Part shown: in pieces, positions 24,701 through 38,000 of the stretch
Layout of the letters: every line of letters begins with the position of its first letter
How positions within the stretch are numbered: the stretch's first letter is position 1
Source: Raillietiella orientalis
Taxonomy: Eukaryota
Assembly (NCBI GenBank): GCA_036172245.1
Contig: JAYWIR010000034.1
Coordinates: 2,046,001 to 2,110,000 of the forward strand
Direction of reading: 5' to 3'
DNA length: 64,000 nt
The notes under the pieces: generated by a model
Told to the model about the DNA's origin: nothing
What the model saw: the letters and a program-made list of their open reading frames with translations, nothing else
The model's database searches: none
Program-made: the position numbers and the translations under genes

Positions 24701-27517
24701 TGTTGAAAAAGAACCAGATTTGACCCTTTTTTTTGCTTTGGAATGCAATACATTCCAAATAAGCAATAGTTTATTTCTCCTAATGTTGGGTTATGAACTA
24801 CGACTTAATAGGCGTTTTTGTGTTTAGAAAAGTACCATGATAACAGTCATTATCATTCCCCATAAATTTCACAGTGTTCTCATTGGGGCAGGTGGTAAAT
24901 TAATTAAATCCGTGGAAGAAGAATTTTCTGTCAAAATTCATTTTCCTGCCATTGATTCAGGATCTGACAAAGTAAGCTGATTTAGGAGCATGGAGTATAC
25001 ATTGCCAATATAAAATATTTCAGGTAACCATTATTGGCTCCAAAGATGCAGTAAATAAAGCAAAAAAGACTCTTTTTGATATGAGCAATGAGAAGCAATT
25101 GAGCAATTATTCAGAAGAAATAAAAGCTAAGCCAGAAATACATAAGTTTCTAATCGGTAAAAATGGAGCGAATATCAAAAAAGTAAGGTTGAAACGCTTT
25201 TGATATATTTTTTATTTATTCTAATTTTGTTTATAGGTGAAAGATGCTTATGATATTCGTGTTGCGTTTCCTTCTGAAAGTGATTCAGATAAATCCACCA
25301 TTGCTATCATTGGGAAAAAAGAAAATGTCAAGAGAGCTCGCACAGAACTTGAGAGCATAATTAAAATCATGGAAAAGGAAGTAACTGAAGAAGTGAATGT
25401 ACCTTCTAAACATCATATCTATTTTGTGGGTCGCAATGCTAAGGTTTTGAAGGACATTAGAGATCATTGTGAAGATGTACGCATACAATTTCCTGAAAAA
25501 GGAACACAGGACAATACAGTGATATTGAAGGGAATGAAGGAGTCTGTATCAAAAGCAAAACAAATGATCCTTGACATAGTCAGTGACTTGGTAATCAGTA
25601 GCTTTTGTATTATTTGTAGTTCATGATGCATATTCCAGGAGCAACGAATCACTATGCATTTCTCAATACCTCTGAAAGATCGACGTGTCTTCTTTGGTGC
25701 TAAACGTGCCAAAGTGCAAGAGATTTCTTCTGTTTATGATGTAGAGATCAAATATCCTGATCGTCTGGAACATATTGGTATTACTGTCCATTGCTATCAG
25801 AACTCAGCACATATCTTTATGATTGTCCCGATTCATATCAAGTAGTTAGCTTCATTTAGATAAATTAGCTTAATAGTTTTCTACAAACAATGTAGCGGTA
25901 TTGCTTTGAAAGTCAGTTACTTTTGCCATTTTGATGCATGGAGATTTAAACACAGCTAATAATTTTAGAATCCTTGTAGGTCCACAATTATTATATAGAA
26001 ACGGAGCATATTGAAAATAATGTGTAAAGTGTTGTATTTCTTTTACGTTATATGTTACACTTAGTACTTTTTACCCAAAAGACCAGTGTGCCATTAACTT
26101 TTCACAGTTTCCGAAATTTCTTTGTTAGCTTGAAGATGTTCACAGATCTAAAAAATCTGAATTGCTTCAAGTTCTTAGCACTGTTCGAAACTTCTTTCGA
26201 TATGTTTATATCTTCAATTTGTTAGTGGCTTATTCGTTGTTCTTTATTTAAAAAATGTATCTTCAGGGGTAAATGGTGCACCAATGATGAATGGAAGTCA
26301 TGAGCAAGAGCATGTTGATGAAAAATTTTATGAAATAGTACTCGTTGGCAAGGCAGAAGCATGCAAAGCAGCCAAGGATGAATTAATTTCCCTTATTCCT
26401 ATTACAAAAGAAGTTAATGTCCCTTTTGAATTGCATCGTTACATCATTGGGAAGAAGGGTCAAGATATTAGAACACTGATGCAAACTCATGAAGTATCAA
26501 TTAGCATGTCCCCTATCTCGGAACAGTCCAACATAATACAAGTTACTGGACAAGTTGAAAACGTGGAAAAGGCATGTGAAGACATTCTTCACCGAGTCCG
26601 TGAACTTCAGCTTGAATTCGAAGATAGAGAAGCAAGAAAATTCCAGTGCACCGTATGTATTGTTGTTGTTGCTTTTTTGATATTCAAAAGAATCATTTTT
26701 GTACTACTGTTGACATATATAGTAATTCTATTCCCGGATTTCTTAGTCTAATTTTCACCGTGTTTTTTAGTTGGACATCGATCCCAAGTATCATTCAAGA
26801 ATTATAGGTCGCAAAGGGGAAGTAATTAATAAAATAAGAAACGATCACGATGTGCAAATCCATTTTCCCAAAAAAGATGAACCTGATGAGAACATAATTA
26901 CCATCACTGGTTATGAAAGTAATGCTATGAAGGCTGCAGAACATATTCGCAGCATTGTAAATGAACTGGAAAACATGATCGAAGAAGAAGTCGTCATAGA
27001 TCAACGATTCCGCCCAAGATTAATTGGCCAGAGGGGTAGAAATATTCGACGTTTAATGGAGCAATTCAAAGTTGATATACGGTTTCCAAGATCTGGAGAA
27101 GAAAGTGAAAATCCAGATGTAGCATATATAAGTGGGCCGGAGGAGCGTGTGCTTGATGCCAAGTATCATATTGAAGCACTTGCACAAGAATTTGTAAGCC
27201 AGTTTGTTTACGCCTTGTGTTTCAAGTTGTATAATAGATTCAATTAATGCCGATGTTTTCAAATTTTTTTTTTTTTATTCCAGATGGATGCCTTGATGGA
27301 AAATGAGTGGCTAGAGCAATATATTAGAACAGGAAAGACAAGCCATGTTGAAGAAAATGGCCCTTCCCAAGGAGAGAAAGTTGATTCATCTGGTTTTTTG
27401 GTGAAAGGTGGACCTTGGGATCAAAAGTCATCTGATACAATTTATGATGCTAATTTCCCCAGTTTTGGTAGTTCTTCAGATGCATTTTCTGTAGGTAGAT
27501 GGGGTCCCCGTCATTAG
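18733..27517 (+). CDS. HDLBP: Vigilin (HDLBP/Dp1/Scp160 family multi-KH RNA-binding protein), 17 coding exons, 1247 aa
   Basis: Phase-consistent GT-AG exons: 18733-18936, 20159-20380, 20908-21114, 21173-21388, 21445-21628, 21680-21810, 22330-22513, 22563-22820, 24029-24204, 24453-24575, 24828-24971, 25024-25182, 25237-25590, 25639-25777, 26267-26652, 26771-27193, 27284-27517 (3744 nt). Repeated KH motifs (HRHILGKLG, HKYIIGRKG, HRNLIGPKG, HRYIIGKKG, HSRIIGRKG). N-terminal YDEIFPALP and C-terminal GFLVKGGPW...FPSFG...WGPR are characteristic of vigilin. Confidence 0.95.
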
Positions 27518-27749
27518 TTTTGGCATTCTTATTTCCACAGATTGGTTTTTACGGTTTTGTTTTTCATGTACATTGTGTTTTAGTTTGCAAAGTCCAAAAG
27601 TATAGCGTTCTTAAACCTCTCTATTTACCTCACACATTTTTATGGGTTCTTTTTTTTTTTTTTTTTTAACTCCATCCAACACAGTTTGCCTCTTATCTGC
27701 AAATTTCAGTTTCAAGTTTATGCAATCATCCGCAAAGTTGGCTTTTACG

Positions 27750-27755
27750 AATAAA
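27750..27755 (+). terminator. Candidate polyadenylation signal of vigilin
   Basis: AATAAA ~230 nt after the stop codon, in a U-rich 3' UTR. Confidence 0.5.
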
Positions 27756-30700
27756 TTAGAATTACGTTTTTAAAAAGCCCTAAGATTTCAGTGTTGAGAA
27801 GCAGGTCCGTTCGTTTTTGAGCCCAAGTTTATTCTCTGTCAATTCGCTCAGCTATTTGTTCCCTTAAAAGTGCAGCATTTCATTTTTAAAGGATGAAATG
27901 TACAGTGTTTGCCTAGTTTTCAGTTACGGATACCATATTTTTTTCAAACCCCGGGAACAAAAGAAATTTAAATGACAATTCCCCATTTTACTTGCTATAA
28001 GATCCTCTTAGATTAAAACAAAACGCAAAAAAAAAAAAAAAAATCAAACGTGCATATGAAGTGTAATTAGGAAAGCGTATTTCTTCAAAGCTATGCACGA
28101 ATTGTGATTCAGAAAAGTGGGTCTTATGATACTTATTTATATGGAAAGAACAATATATATAGTGCCTTCAAATGTAAAAATTTTAAAGGACTTTGGGAAG
28201 AATGCCTATGTAATTTAAATGGACATATCTCAAAGTATTTCGTTAATAAAGATTGCAGAAAATTTCCTTCAGAAGCTTATTTTCATTTGCAGCATGCAAA
28301 TGTGCTGCAGACCGAAGATTTCGATGTTCAGAAATGCCTTTGGCAATCTTGTAAGGAAGAGAATTCACAAATGGTCACGAATTGAGGGGGAAAAAACGGC
28401 ACGTTCGAAGGCGTATGCCGCTGTAATTTGCATGTGGTAGTATCTTTCAGGTGCCTTATTCGTGGTTTCCTCCACGAGTAAACGCAGGCAACTTGGCCAG
28501 CAAAGGATCGAAGGACCTCGTCATCGTGTAGAATAAATAAAATAGTTGAATATTAGAAATCCTGTAACGTCGTTCCAGATGATTTTTGCAGATGCGGTAC
28601 CGCTTCGGCACCTTCAGAGTATCATTTTTTGAAGCCCTGCGTTGTGTTTACAGAGTGTTTTTGTGCCGGAAAAACGAATTTGGCACCTCCACAGATATTC
28701 TTTTTTCCTTCCTTTTCACTCCTGCGAGTGGTTCGACCACTGCCGTCCATCAGCAGTTTTCATCCAGCATTCAGCCAATATTGGTGAGGTCACCACCTCA
28801 TGCACTAAGGAAACGGAAAGCACCCTACAGTTGCTTTTGTGAAACGCACCACACAACGCAAAAGATTCAAATTTCCAAATGTACTGCTGTAATTAAGTGC
28901 ATTACATTTTTGTCAACCAAGGTTGCACATGTCGAAAGAGTAAGGGAAATATTCAACACGCCAGCTACTCTCGGTCGTTTTTGTAGAAGTCAGGAAAAAT
29001 AAATGAATTCATAACATCCATGGTAACAGCATGACATTTATTAGTATCATGCAACGTGGAAAACATTTTCCCCTTTAAAGATTTATCTGATACTGCGCTC
29101 GAATCGCTGTTGACAGTTTTGTTAATTTCTTTTAAAAGGGGTTTCGGAGTTCCGTAAGATACTCATTGGTCATTGAACGCTGCTGGCCTTTTTTTATCGA
29201 GATTCCTAACATCTCAGGAAAATCAAGGCTACCAGTGGAAAAAACTTTCAACTGAACACAATCCCATCTTGATAATTTCATCGGTTCCACTGCTGTTGCT
29301 GTATTAAACTGTCCATCAAGATGGCGAGACACCCCTAAATTCTTCAAGCCATGCTGCGAGGAAGTTACAGACGCATCCATCCTACCCTACTGGATGAAAG
29401 AGAAACATCGGTGCTTTCATACTGTTTCAGTAAGATTTGACATTCCAATATGAGAGGCAGGGCACTGAGCCGAAGTGTATCCCTCACTCTAAAGTTTGAT
29501 TTTGAAAATTGAAAGATAACGTGAAGAGAAGTTTCCAGAGCTATTTGAGATTAATTAGCTACATGCACATCAACAACTACAAATGGATAGATGTATGCGT
29601 TCCTCAAGCAGCAAGCAGTGTCTTGACGAAGAGCTCGAGGTGTCCGTCTCATTTAAGAAATTATAGTGAAACAAAGTAGTTGATGGTGCCAAGTACTATG
29701 GATGAGAAAAGTAGGACAGCCTTTAGCCAGTTTTATGCCTTTGAAAACCGTCTACCATTTCTTCAGCCGAAAGGGACTTCATTGAAAGGGAAAATGACTT
29801 TTCTTTAATTGCTGTTTGAATCGTGTGCATCCCAAGTCAAACTTGGTTGCATCATTCGCAAGCTGTGCTCGGGGTGCAAAAATCTGCCGATAAGCAGAAA
29901 CAGTTTGCAGTTTCCATTTAATTTTCGATATGGCCTACCGAGGTTCGATGAACACGTTTATGATGAAGATGGGGACTATCTTGCACACATAATGTACGCA
30001 GAGCAGCTGACTGCAGTGGGGTACAAAAAAGTTCTCAGTAATCTGAAAATATATCAAATGCTGGCGTACGAGCATACGTTGGTAACTTACGTTACACAAA
30101 TTCCTTCCGAGGTTACAAACATAAAACAATTAATTTGCTGCTGAGGCATGTGGCAACTGCCTACGTTGTTGCATTTATTATATTTAGATTTTTCAGAATT
30201 TTCTAATCATACGTAATGGTGTATGCCTTGGATAGCCAGAATTTCGAGAAACCTATATATTTTAATGAGTGACAAGCAGCTGGATAAAAGTCTGAATATT
30301 GAAAAATAGGAGCAGTGAGACCATGAATTTTAAAGTTACGTTGATATGCCCAATGATTCAACAAAAAAAATGATGGTCCTATGGTCTTGGTTGATGACAT
30401 TGTATTATTCCTCTCCTATACAGGTTCGTGTTAAAATAAAAGTTCGTATTCAAAATAAAAGAATAAGCACAATGCACGGCATTATTTTCAAAATTATTTC
30501 GGGTTAATATGCAAATGAATTCCTAGAAAAATCGAAGGTCCCTTCGTTATGGCATTAACTATCGCGGTGCATTAATCACTTTTTCGATACACCAATGTGA
30601 TATATTGGAATAATTGATCATTTTTATTAGTGAATAGGTTTGCATTTGTTAATAGCGATTTCAATAACGCAAAATGTTTCTTTCTCATTTATCGCATAAA

Positions 30701-32244
30701 TCACAATCTTGTTAAAGTCACATTTTTTTTTTCTTTTTAAGAAGAGACAATTGGTTCTGAAACAGTTGCCTTTTCTTAAAAATGAAAGGACAATTGGTTA
30801 GCAAATATCCGTATTAAATCTGTCTTATGAGTAGTCTTCGCATGTGTGTTTCCGTTAGGTGCACCTCAACCATAAGGGTATGAAGTTATAGAAGATTATT
30901 TTGGATCTCATTAAAGAAAGTAATAGCTTTTCAAGAAAGGAGAACAAGTGGATGGCACTTATGTTAAGCTTAGTCAGTTGACCTTTTGATTCGGATTCTT
31001 TAAAATTCGAATTTTTTGTTTGTCTGCTTTTCTTCAGTATAGTGGTGTTTGCATTCGAAGCAAGTTCAGCACTGGTTCCCTAGTTTGCAGCTATATATTC
31101 ATATTTCTAAGCAGGAGGATCATCCATGGTTGACATTAAGTGGTATAATTCTGAAGACTAAAGTGAGCTCAGTTCAATGGATAACAGTGCAAATTTGTTC
31201 AAACAATCGATCTTATCTATGGAATATACATTTTATTAAAATGTTCCTTGATGAATGTACATGTATTTTTCTGTTTGAAATAAGCGTTGTAAAACTTTTC
31301 TTGCATAATACGTAATCAAAAAAATAAAATTAACGTATCGAGGAATGGAATATTTCGAGCATCCCAGATTTATTATCCTTTAATGCTTTCATAGCATATA
31401 TTAATTTTTTATCAAACTTATAGATCCATGATAATTAACGTATATACGTGTGCACTGTCTAGAGTATTTGTTTAAAGGTAAACAAGAAGCATTTACTCGA
31501 AGACATTCAAATTCCGAATCGTATATACTGAAGTTTGCGAATAGTTTTCTAAAACCATATCAACACCTCATTCTAAATTTGTTTTGAAAGATAGTATTGA
31601 GTAATAGTATCAGTGGCATATTTAATTACTAAAGGTTAGAAATTAAAAGAATATGATACTTTAAGTACATAAATATGTGTGCAATATGGGTATCCTACTT
31701 GTTTTGAATTTTAGTATTGAAGTAAAGTGTATTTTATCAACGACTTTTTCTAAAGGATTTCCGGTTTTTAAAAGCTATATAAGTATAAGGATGCTGTATT
31801 CCAAAATTAGAAATTAAAGTAGAAAATAATATGAAAATTCATTCAATAGTTCTTATTCTGATTATTTGTGTGCAAGTTAGGCAAAGAATCAACTAAAAGA
31901 AAAAAACAAATCCAATCATTGCGAAGTAATTTTTAGTGCTAAGGAGTAGAAAACAGACTGGTATGCCTGGGTAGAAGTAATTTTGCGGTATGTTCAAGGA
32001 ATTTGAAGTTTTAAGACGTATGTGTTTGACATCCATTGATTCTCTACACGTCCGATGCATATAAGCACATCTAGTAAGGAATATGAGAAATTCTTTCTCA
32101 TGTGACTTCTCTGTTTGCTTTTCCAATGTACAAGGTATACTTAAAGAAATATCCGCTCCATGCTTGCATGCCTTGTCATAGTTTTAGAGATTTAATGGTG
32201 CCACATTGCAATCAGTAAGTTTTGAATTCAGCACACATGGAAAA

Positions 32245-34513
32245 ATGACCTCCAAAGAGGAGAAAATTTTTAACGCCTACGAGGTTGTTCAGGAGTATGT
32301 GAAATCTACAGGACAAAGCAATGCAATCTGTATGTGTAAGAGTAGATTCAAAAATGGTGGTCCTAAAGGTGAATAGAGCTAATATTGACTTATGTTTGGA
32401 TGAGTTGAATGAAAGTGTTGTTGAAAATGAAAATATCCTTGATAATTAACGAGTCTAAACAATCAGTTTTCTTAGAAATGTCACCATTTGGAAATGGATC
32501 TTGCAAAGTAAATAGTTCAGGAAGCTGTATTCAAAGGGTTTGTGCTGATTACTTTATGGATACAAGTAAAGAAAATACTCGTAGTTTGGAGAACTTCGAT
32601 GAGAACACCAGTGCTAATTCGTGTACACTGGATGAAGTTTCTATTTTAAGAGGTATGTGCTTTTCTTGTGTTGCAAGAACTAGTAATTGGTTACCTACAT
32701 ATAAGAATTTTTTTTTTTCATCGATTGTGTTCCCTTTTTATTTTTGGATGGTCTGCACACATGGCATTATAAATAATTAAATATTTAGTGCATAACTGAA
32801 TGAATCAATTGAAAGGCATTTGTATCTATAAAAGAATGGTGAAGTCGACATGAATTCATTCCAAATTGCAAAGAAAAAAACAAAAAATTATTTCGTTACA
32901 GCGTCTGTTGAGTTCAGAATTTCACTTTGTTTTGCCGAATATCATTTTGAACTTTCATCCAACAAAATCCCTGTAGGTTTTGTATAAGGTCTTGCTATTG
33001 TAGAATGGCAAGAAGGCATGCTTCTTAACATAATGTTCGATAGATTTTTGTTCTTAGTATCCAAATATGGAAAGTTACCTCCATTTCATGTGTGAATTAT
33101 TTAAAAAATCCTGTATTGATAATCTTAAAATGATGATTTAAATTATTTTTGAGATACAGTTACAGGTGTATGTGTATTGTTTTTTTTCAATATTTCCATG
33201 GCAATGAAGGTGTTCATTGTTCAAGACTGTAGTATTCAGCTGCAATTTTTGGTTGCTATTAAAGGCATTAGGAAAGTATTAGCAAATGTAAAATATGTAT
33301 GCCTCTGCAATTTTGTGACTTTTGTGGATCACAAATTGGAAATCACAAAAAATATTTTATAATGAACCCTATAAGGATAATTCAGTTATTTGTTTTCATA
33401 ATCTGTTTTTAGGAATTGTACATTCCTCACGGAATTGCTTTTACAAGTTAGTTAAGCATTAAGGTTTTTCCCATTGAATCTAAATTCAGTTTTTATATAA
33501 GAAAAACATTTGCCAAGTAATTTCAGGTATTTCATGATTAATTTTTTATCATTGTATGAAATAAATTATGCTACAGGAGATATCTTGGTAATCACTTTAC
33601 CGGAGTAGCCTTATGGATATTTTATCTATATTTAATCCATCATGATTAAGAAAAAATGTGCATTGTCTATATAAAAAATTAAGGTATCTTGGTTTGAATG
33701 TTTTCAGTTTGCAATCAGGATCTTTAGCGTCTATCCTAAATTATTGCTTCTTTAAAGTCATTCATGGTGACATATTTTTACTTGAATTGTATTCCATTAG
33801 ATGAGTTTGATGTTAAATTTTAGATGTGGTAGCATATGTTGAAGTATTATCTGGATTCGATGACAGATCAGAATGCTTTGTGCAACCTCTGCAAAGTATG
33901 GGAGCAACTGTTTTTTCTAGGCTAACCAAAGAGGTTACACATGTGATTTTTCAAAAAGGCAGAAACACTACATATAGCAAATGCAAACAAATTGGAGCGC
34001 ATATGGTTTCTCCATTGTGGATTGAAGCTTGTATGCAAGAAAAAAAGCACATGCCAGAAATACATTATCCAATTAATTTGAAATTGAAATATGAATTTCC
34101 TAGTATCTATGGTGAATGCAAGGTATGTGCATATACTGATTTCTGTCTTTGTGTCATATAGTAGTATACTCTGCTTGTGTGAATGTGTGTGTGTATGTGT
34201 TTTGTTGTCAATTCAGTGTTCATCATAGTTTTGCTTATTTTTGAGTCAGATAATTATGATGAAAAATACAAAAACTCGTAAGCATTCTAGGCTTATAAGT
34301 ATATATTTAGGAAATTATATTTTAATTGGCAATGTTTGGTAGCCAGTGCGCATTTTGAAAGTTTGTATGTTTTTATATTTGTTTCTTATACCTTCTTTAT
34401 GTCAGATTTTTTCATTTATTTTCTAGAAACGCAAAACCCTTCAGCCTCATAATATTAACATTATTGCAACTCTTGAAAGAATGAGACATTACAGGAAAAA
34501 CAGAAGTTTTTGA
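32245..34513 (+). CDS. MCPH1: Microcephalin (MCPH1)-like protein, N-terminal BRCT only, 4 exons, 228 aa (may be truncated or a pseudogene)
   Basis: Phase-consistent exons 32245-32368, 32476-32652, 33824-34122, 34427-34513. ILRDVVAYVEV...MGATV...VTHVIF.KG...VSPLWIEAC...KKRKTLQP matches the MCPH1 BRCT1 signature (ILKDVVAYVEV...VTHVIFKDG...VSVLWVEKC...KKRKCMQP). No C-terminal tandem BRCT is visible downstream in the window. Confidence 0.8.
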
Positions 34514-35049
34514 AGTAGTTGCAGAAGCAATTGAAAGTCAAAACATGTGAAATACTCGATGCTTTGTGCCCCCAAAATTATCATTATGAAACATATGAAA
34601 GGAGGGCATTATGAAACTGGTGATGTTTCCCAATGAATGTACAAGTACCAAACGTAATCTCAGTGCATAATTTGGGTCAAATGAAAAATATAAGCACTTA
34701 TTTTCGTCTACATATGTGTATTTCCATTTACATTCCATTTCATATTTCCATTTCAATGACCAATCTTTTAATTTCTTGAACTTGACATATTTGTATGGAT
34801 ATGAATCTTGTCAATTTTAGACTTTGATTTTGACCCTTTTTACTGGAGGGCATACAGTGCTGAATCAATATTTTTGATTATTTCTTAATGAGGAAATGGA
34901 AATGGGTTTCTTTTTCTTAGATACTAAAAAATATATAAATTAGTTTGTTTTTTTATAATTATCTCGAAGTGACCATGAGGAATTACGTATTCATTCGAAA
35001 AAGTGGTGACCAAAATGTGTATGAACTGACTGATAAGGAATTATGGGAC

Positions 35050-38000
35050 TCTTTCATCTTTTAAGACTTGGGAATTGAAGATGCTTGAATGAGAATAGGA
35101 CTGGGAATTGGGTCGGTGTTTGCGTAATACATTTCTTAAAGAATTCAGGTGTGACACAAGGCAGGTTGCTCTCAAAACAAACGGCTTGACTATTCTCAGG
35201 TAGCATGATTATTAGCTTCTAAATGGAGGATTCCAGACCGTCTTAGGAAGACTGTCTTCCCCCTTGATGTCTACTCTATTGTTGTAGTGAAAACTAATGA
35301 GCTTAATGTAGAAGATTTGGAGTTCTCTTGATGGAGAATAGGTGAGTTAGCATAGGCAATGTCTGGGATGGCTGAAGCATCGATCTTGATGGGTGTTTGA
35401 TTGCATAGGAAGGAGTGTGATTTGCAAAGCTAGAAAAACCTACCTTAATGTGATCTCTGTGGAGATGAATATGAAAGTTTTGCAACTGCGATATTGGATT
35501 AAGGTTCACGTTCGCAAATCTTAATTCGCTTCATCTGTTGATTGAAAACTGCAACCGAAAACTGCTGGGGCTCCTGCATGCCTTCGGTTTGGACCCCAGG
35601 TAGGTTTCTCCCTTTCTGGAAGAAATTTTTTCGCTATGAGCGGATGGGGAAGTCGAAGCATTGCGTTGCTGAAGGAGGATTTCAAGACTTGCCTCTAAAG
35701 TAGAGTTTGAGAGGGTGAGAGTCGCCTTCCTACAGGAGCGTACAGAATGTTCAGTGAAAAGTCTGCCTTGTACGAGCGAGGTACGTTTGGGGGTGGTGTA
35801 AGCCCTTTCGTGTTGTGAATTGGTGCGGAGTCAGAAAAGTCGGATCGGAATGAAAATTCCTGTAAGATCGCGAGTAGAATAATAATGCCATTCTTTACGT
35901 AAAGTAAAGGATGTGTGGGGATTTCAAGCTGATTGGAGGAGGACTGTGGCGACCACAAAGAAGGAGGGGGGGGGAGTACATTGGCCCTTGGCGTTCTGTG
36001 GCTCGGATGGTTTGCTGTAAGATGTGTAATCGGGATTGTGGTTCATGTGGGGAGCGTGAATTGAGGCTGGAGAGAAGATCGGGAAGGTGACTCGGTGCTT
36101 CGTTCAACGTGTTTATCTCCGGTAAATCGCTCGCAGGAAGGTGAGATGGTTGCAGGTTACGATGCTTTTATCGAGACGTAACTATTGCTTACTGCAAGTC
36201 AGCTGCGCATAGGAGGTCAAGAAGTCAGGAAGAGTGAGCGGGTCAAGAAGGTTAAAGAGTTTTTTTTTTTTTTTTACAGTGTATTTTTTAATTGGTTATA
36301 AATGCATGCAGTGATTGTTTAAGTAGTGAAGTGAAGGATTGTTTTTCCTTTTTTTTTTTTTTTTTATAACGTAGAGAGTGACCGTAGCTGAGCAATTCAT
36401 TTGAGTTTCAGTTTGTCAGTGAATATTTTTCGATCGTAGATATGGAGTACGCAAAAAATAGCTTGTCTTTATTGGTTTTCGACTTACAAGAACCGATTTT
36501 GGTTTCCATTAAACTCTTGAAGCGGTTGTTTGAAATATCAGCGGACGAATGAGAAATTCAGAAGTCCTAATGGGTGAGGTCATGGAGATCATGGCTGGGG
36601 CTCTGAATTGCGTGAGAATGGTAAGACTGTAAGGGGTGAAGGATGATCGAGAGGATAACATCGCGAGTGTGGGCGGAAAGAGGATATTTCGAGGAATATC
36701 GATTCTTATGGAAAGACCAAAGACTCCTAATAGGGAAGAGGTTGAAGAACTGTGTAGGAGGTGAATCATTGCTAGTTGGTGTGCGAAGATATGAGAGAAG
36801 GATAGGTTTTTTCTAATGTGAGTACTTATGGGCAGAAAACAAGTGAAAAAACAAAAGGAAGGGATGAGAAGTGAAACGGAATGTTAGGCATCCGGTTGTA
36901 ACGAATAGACCGAATGGCAGCATGGTTTTTGGCGAGGCGTAGATATGGAGGAGGTATGGGTGTAATATTCTGAAACGGATTATGGATGTTGGAAGGATGA
37001 AGTGGAGGGAAAATAATTGCTCGTATGGCGGATTAGAGATAAGAAAATGCTCTTGTCTGGATGAGGTCGATGTTGTAACCAATGAGCGGAACTGCGGGGA
37101 AAAGGTTGGTGATGGTAGTGGTCATTCAATATTCTTCTTCGTGGGTTAGACTTCAGGAAGCTTACGTCTGGAATTGAGTACTATTGGGAGAGTAAGAAAC
37201 AAAAAGCCAGACGAATAAGGAAGCCGGATTCAGGTATTTTTTGTATGAGGGAAAACATAGTATGCGGAAAATATGAAGGTCGATTGCTAAAGAGAAAAGC
37301 GAGGCACTGTGGACCCCCACCTTAAATGTAACGTGAGAGTCAGCCATGTTTAGTATCTAGCGTTAATCCGCTAAGCAGCCGGGAAGATTCCGTTGGTGTG
37401 GTGTATGGAAATAATCCATGTTCTAATTTGGAGATTTAAAAGAGTTTTTGTTGAGAGTCTCATCCTTCCAAACTAAGAAATGCTTGAGGGTTTGTGTATT
37501 TCCCTCTCGTGAGTAGATTTTTGGCAAGACCTGCCATTATTGGAAGGATCGGAGGAATTCGTTCAATTGGATGAGCTGGAGAATGACCAGTGTCATTCCT
37601 AGGGGGAATCTTACAGGTCATGAGGAGAATTTTGGAGGCGAAGGGTGATGGGAGGGGGTGGAGAGTCTGTGAGGATTCCTTCTATGTGGACGAGCTAGAG
37701 AATGGTCGGGTATCGAGATAATAGGAATGGGGAATTGGTGGATATGGCTATTGGAGGAGAAGGGAAGTGGGAGCGACATGAGAGGCTGGAGAAAAAGGAG
37801 AACAGGAAGGATAATGAAATAGCGAAAATAAGATAGTGATGAATGTATAAGGTAACTTTTCATGATTAATTTCTGAAGAGCTGTGCTATTATCTAAAAAT
37901 ATCGAGCTTATACCAACTTGTTGAAGTAAAAAGGTGGTTGGGACTGGAAGGGTTTTGCATTAATAAAGGTCTTTGAGGAGGTTGATGAGATTAAAAGTGA

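Noticed and set aside
28570..28720. THAP-like fragment (RICKNHL) on the minus strand
   Set aside because: Single short motif with an upstream stop and no N-terminal Cys or transposase traces.
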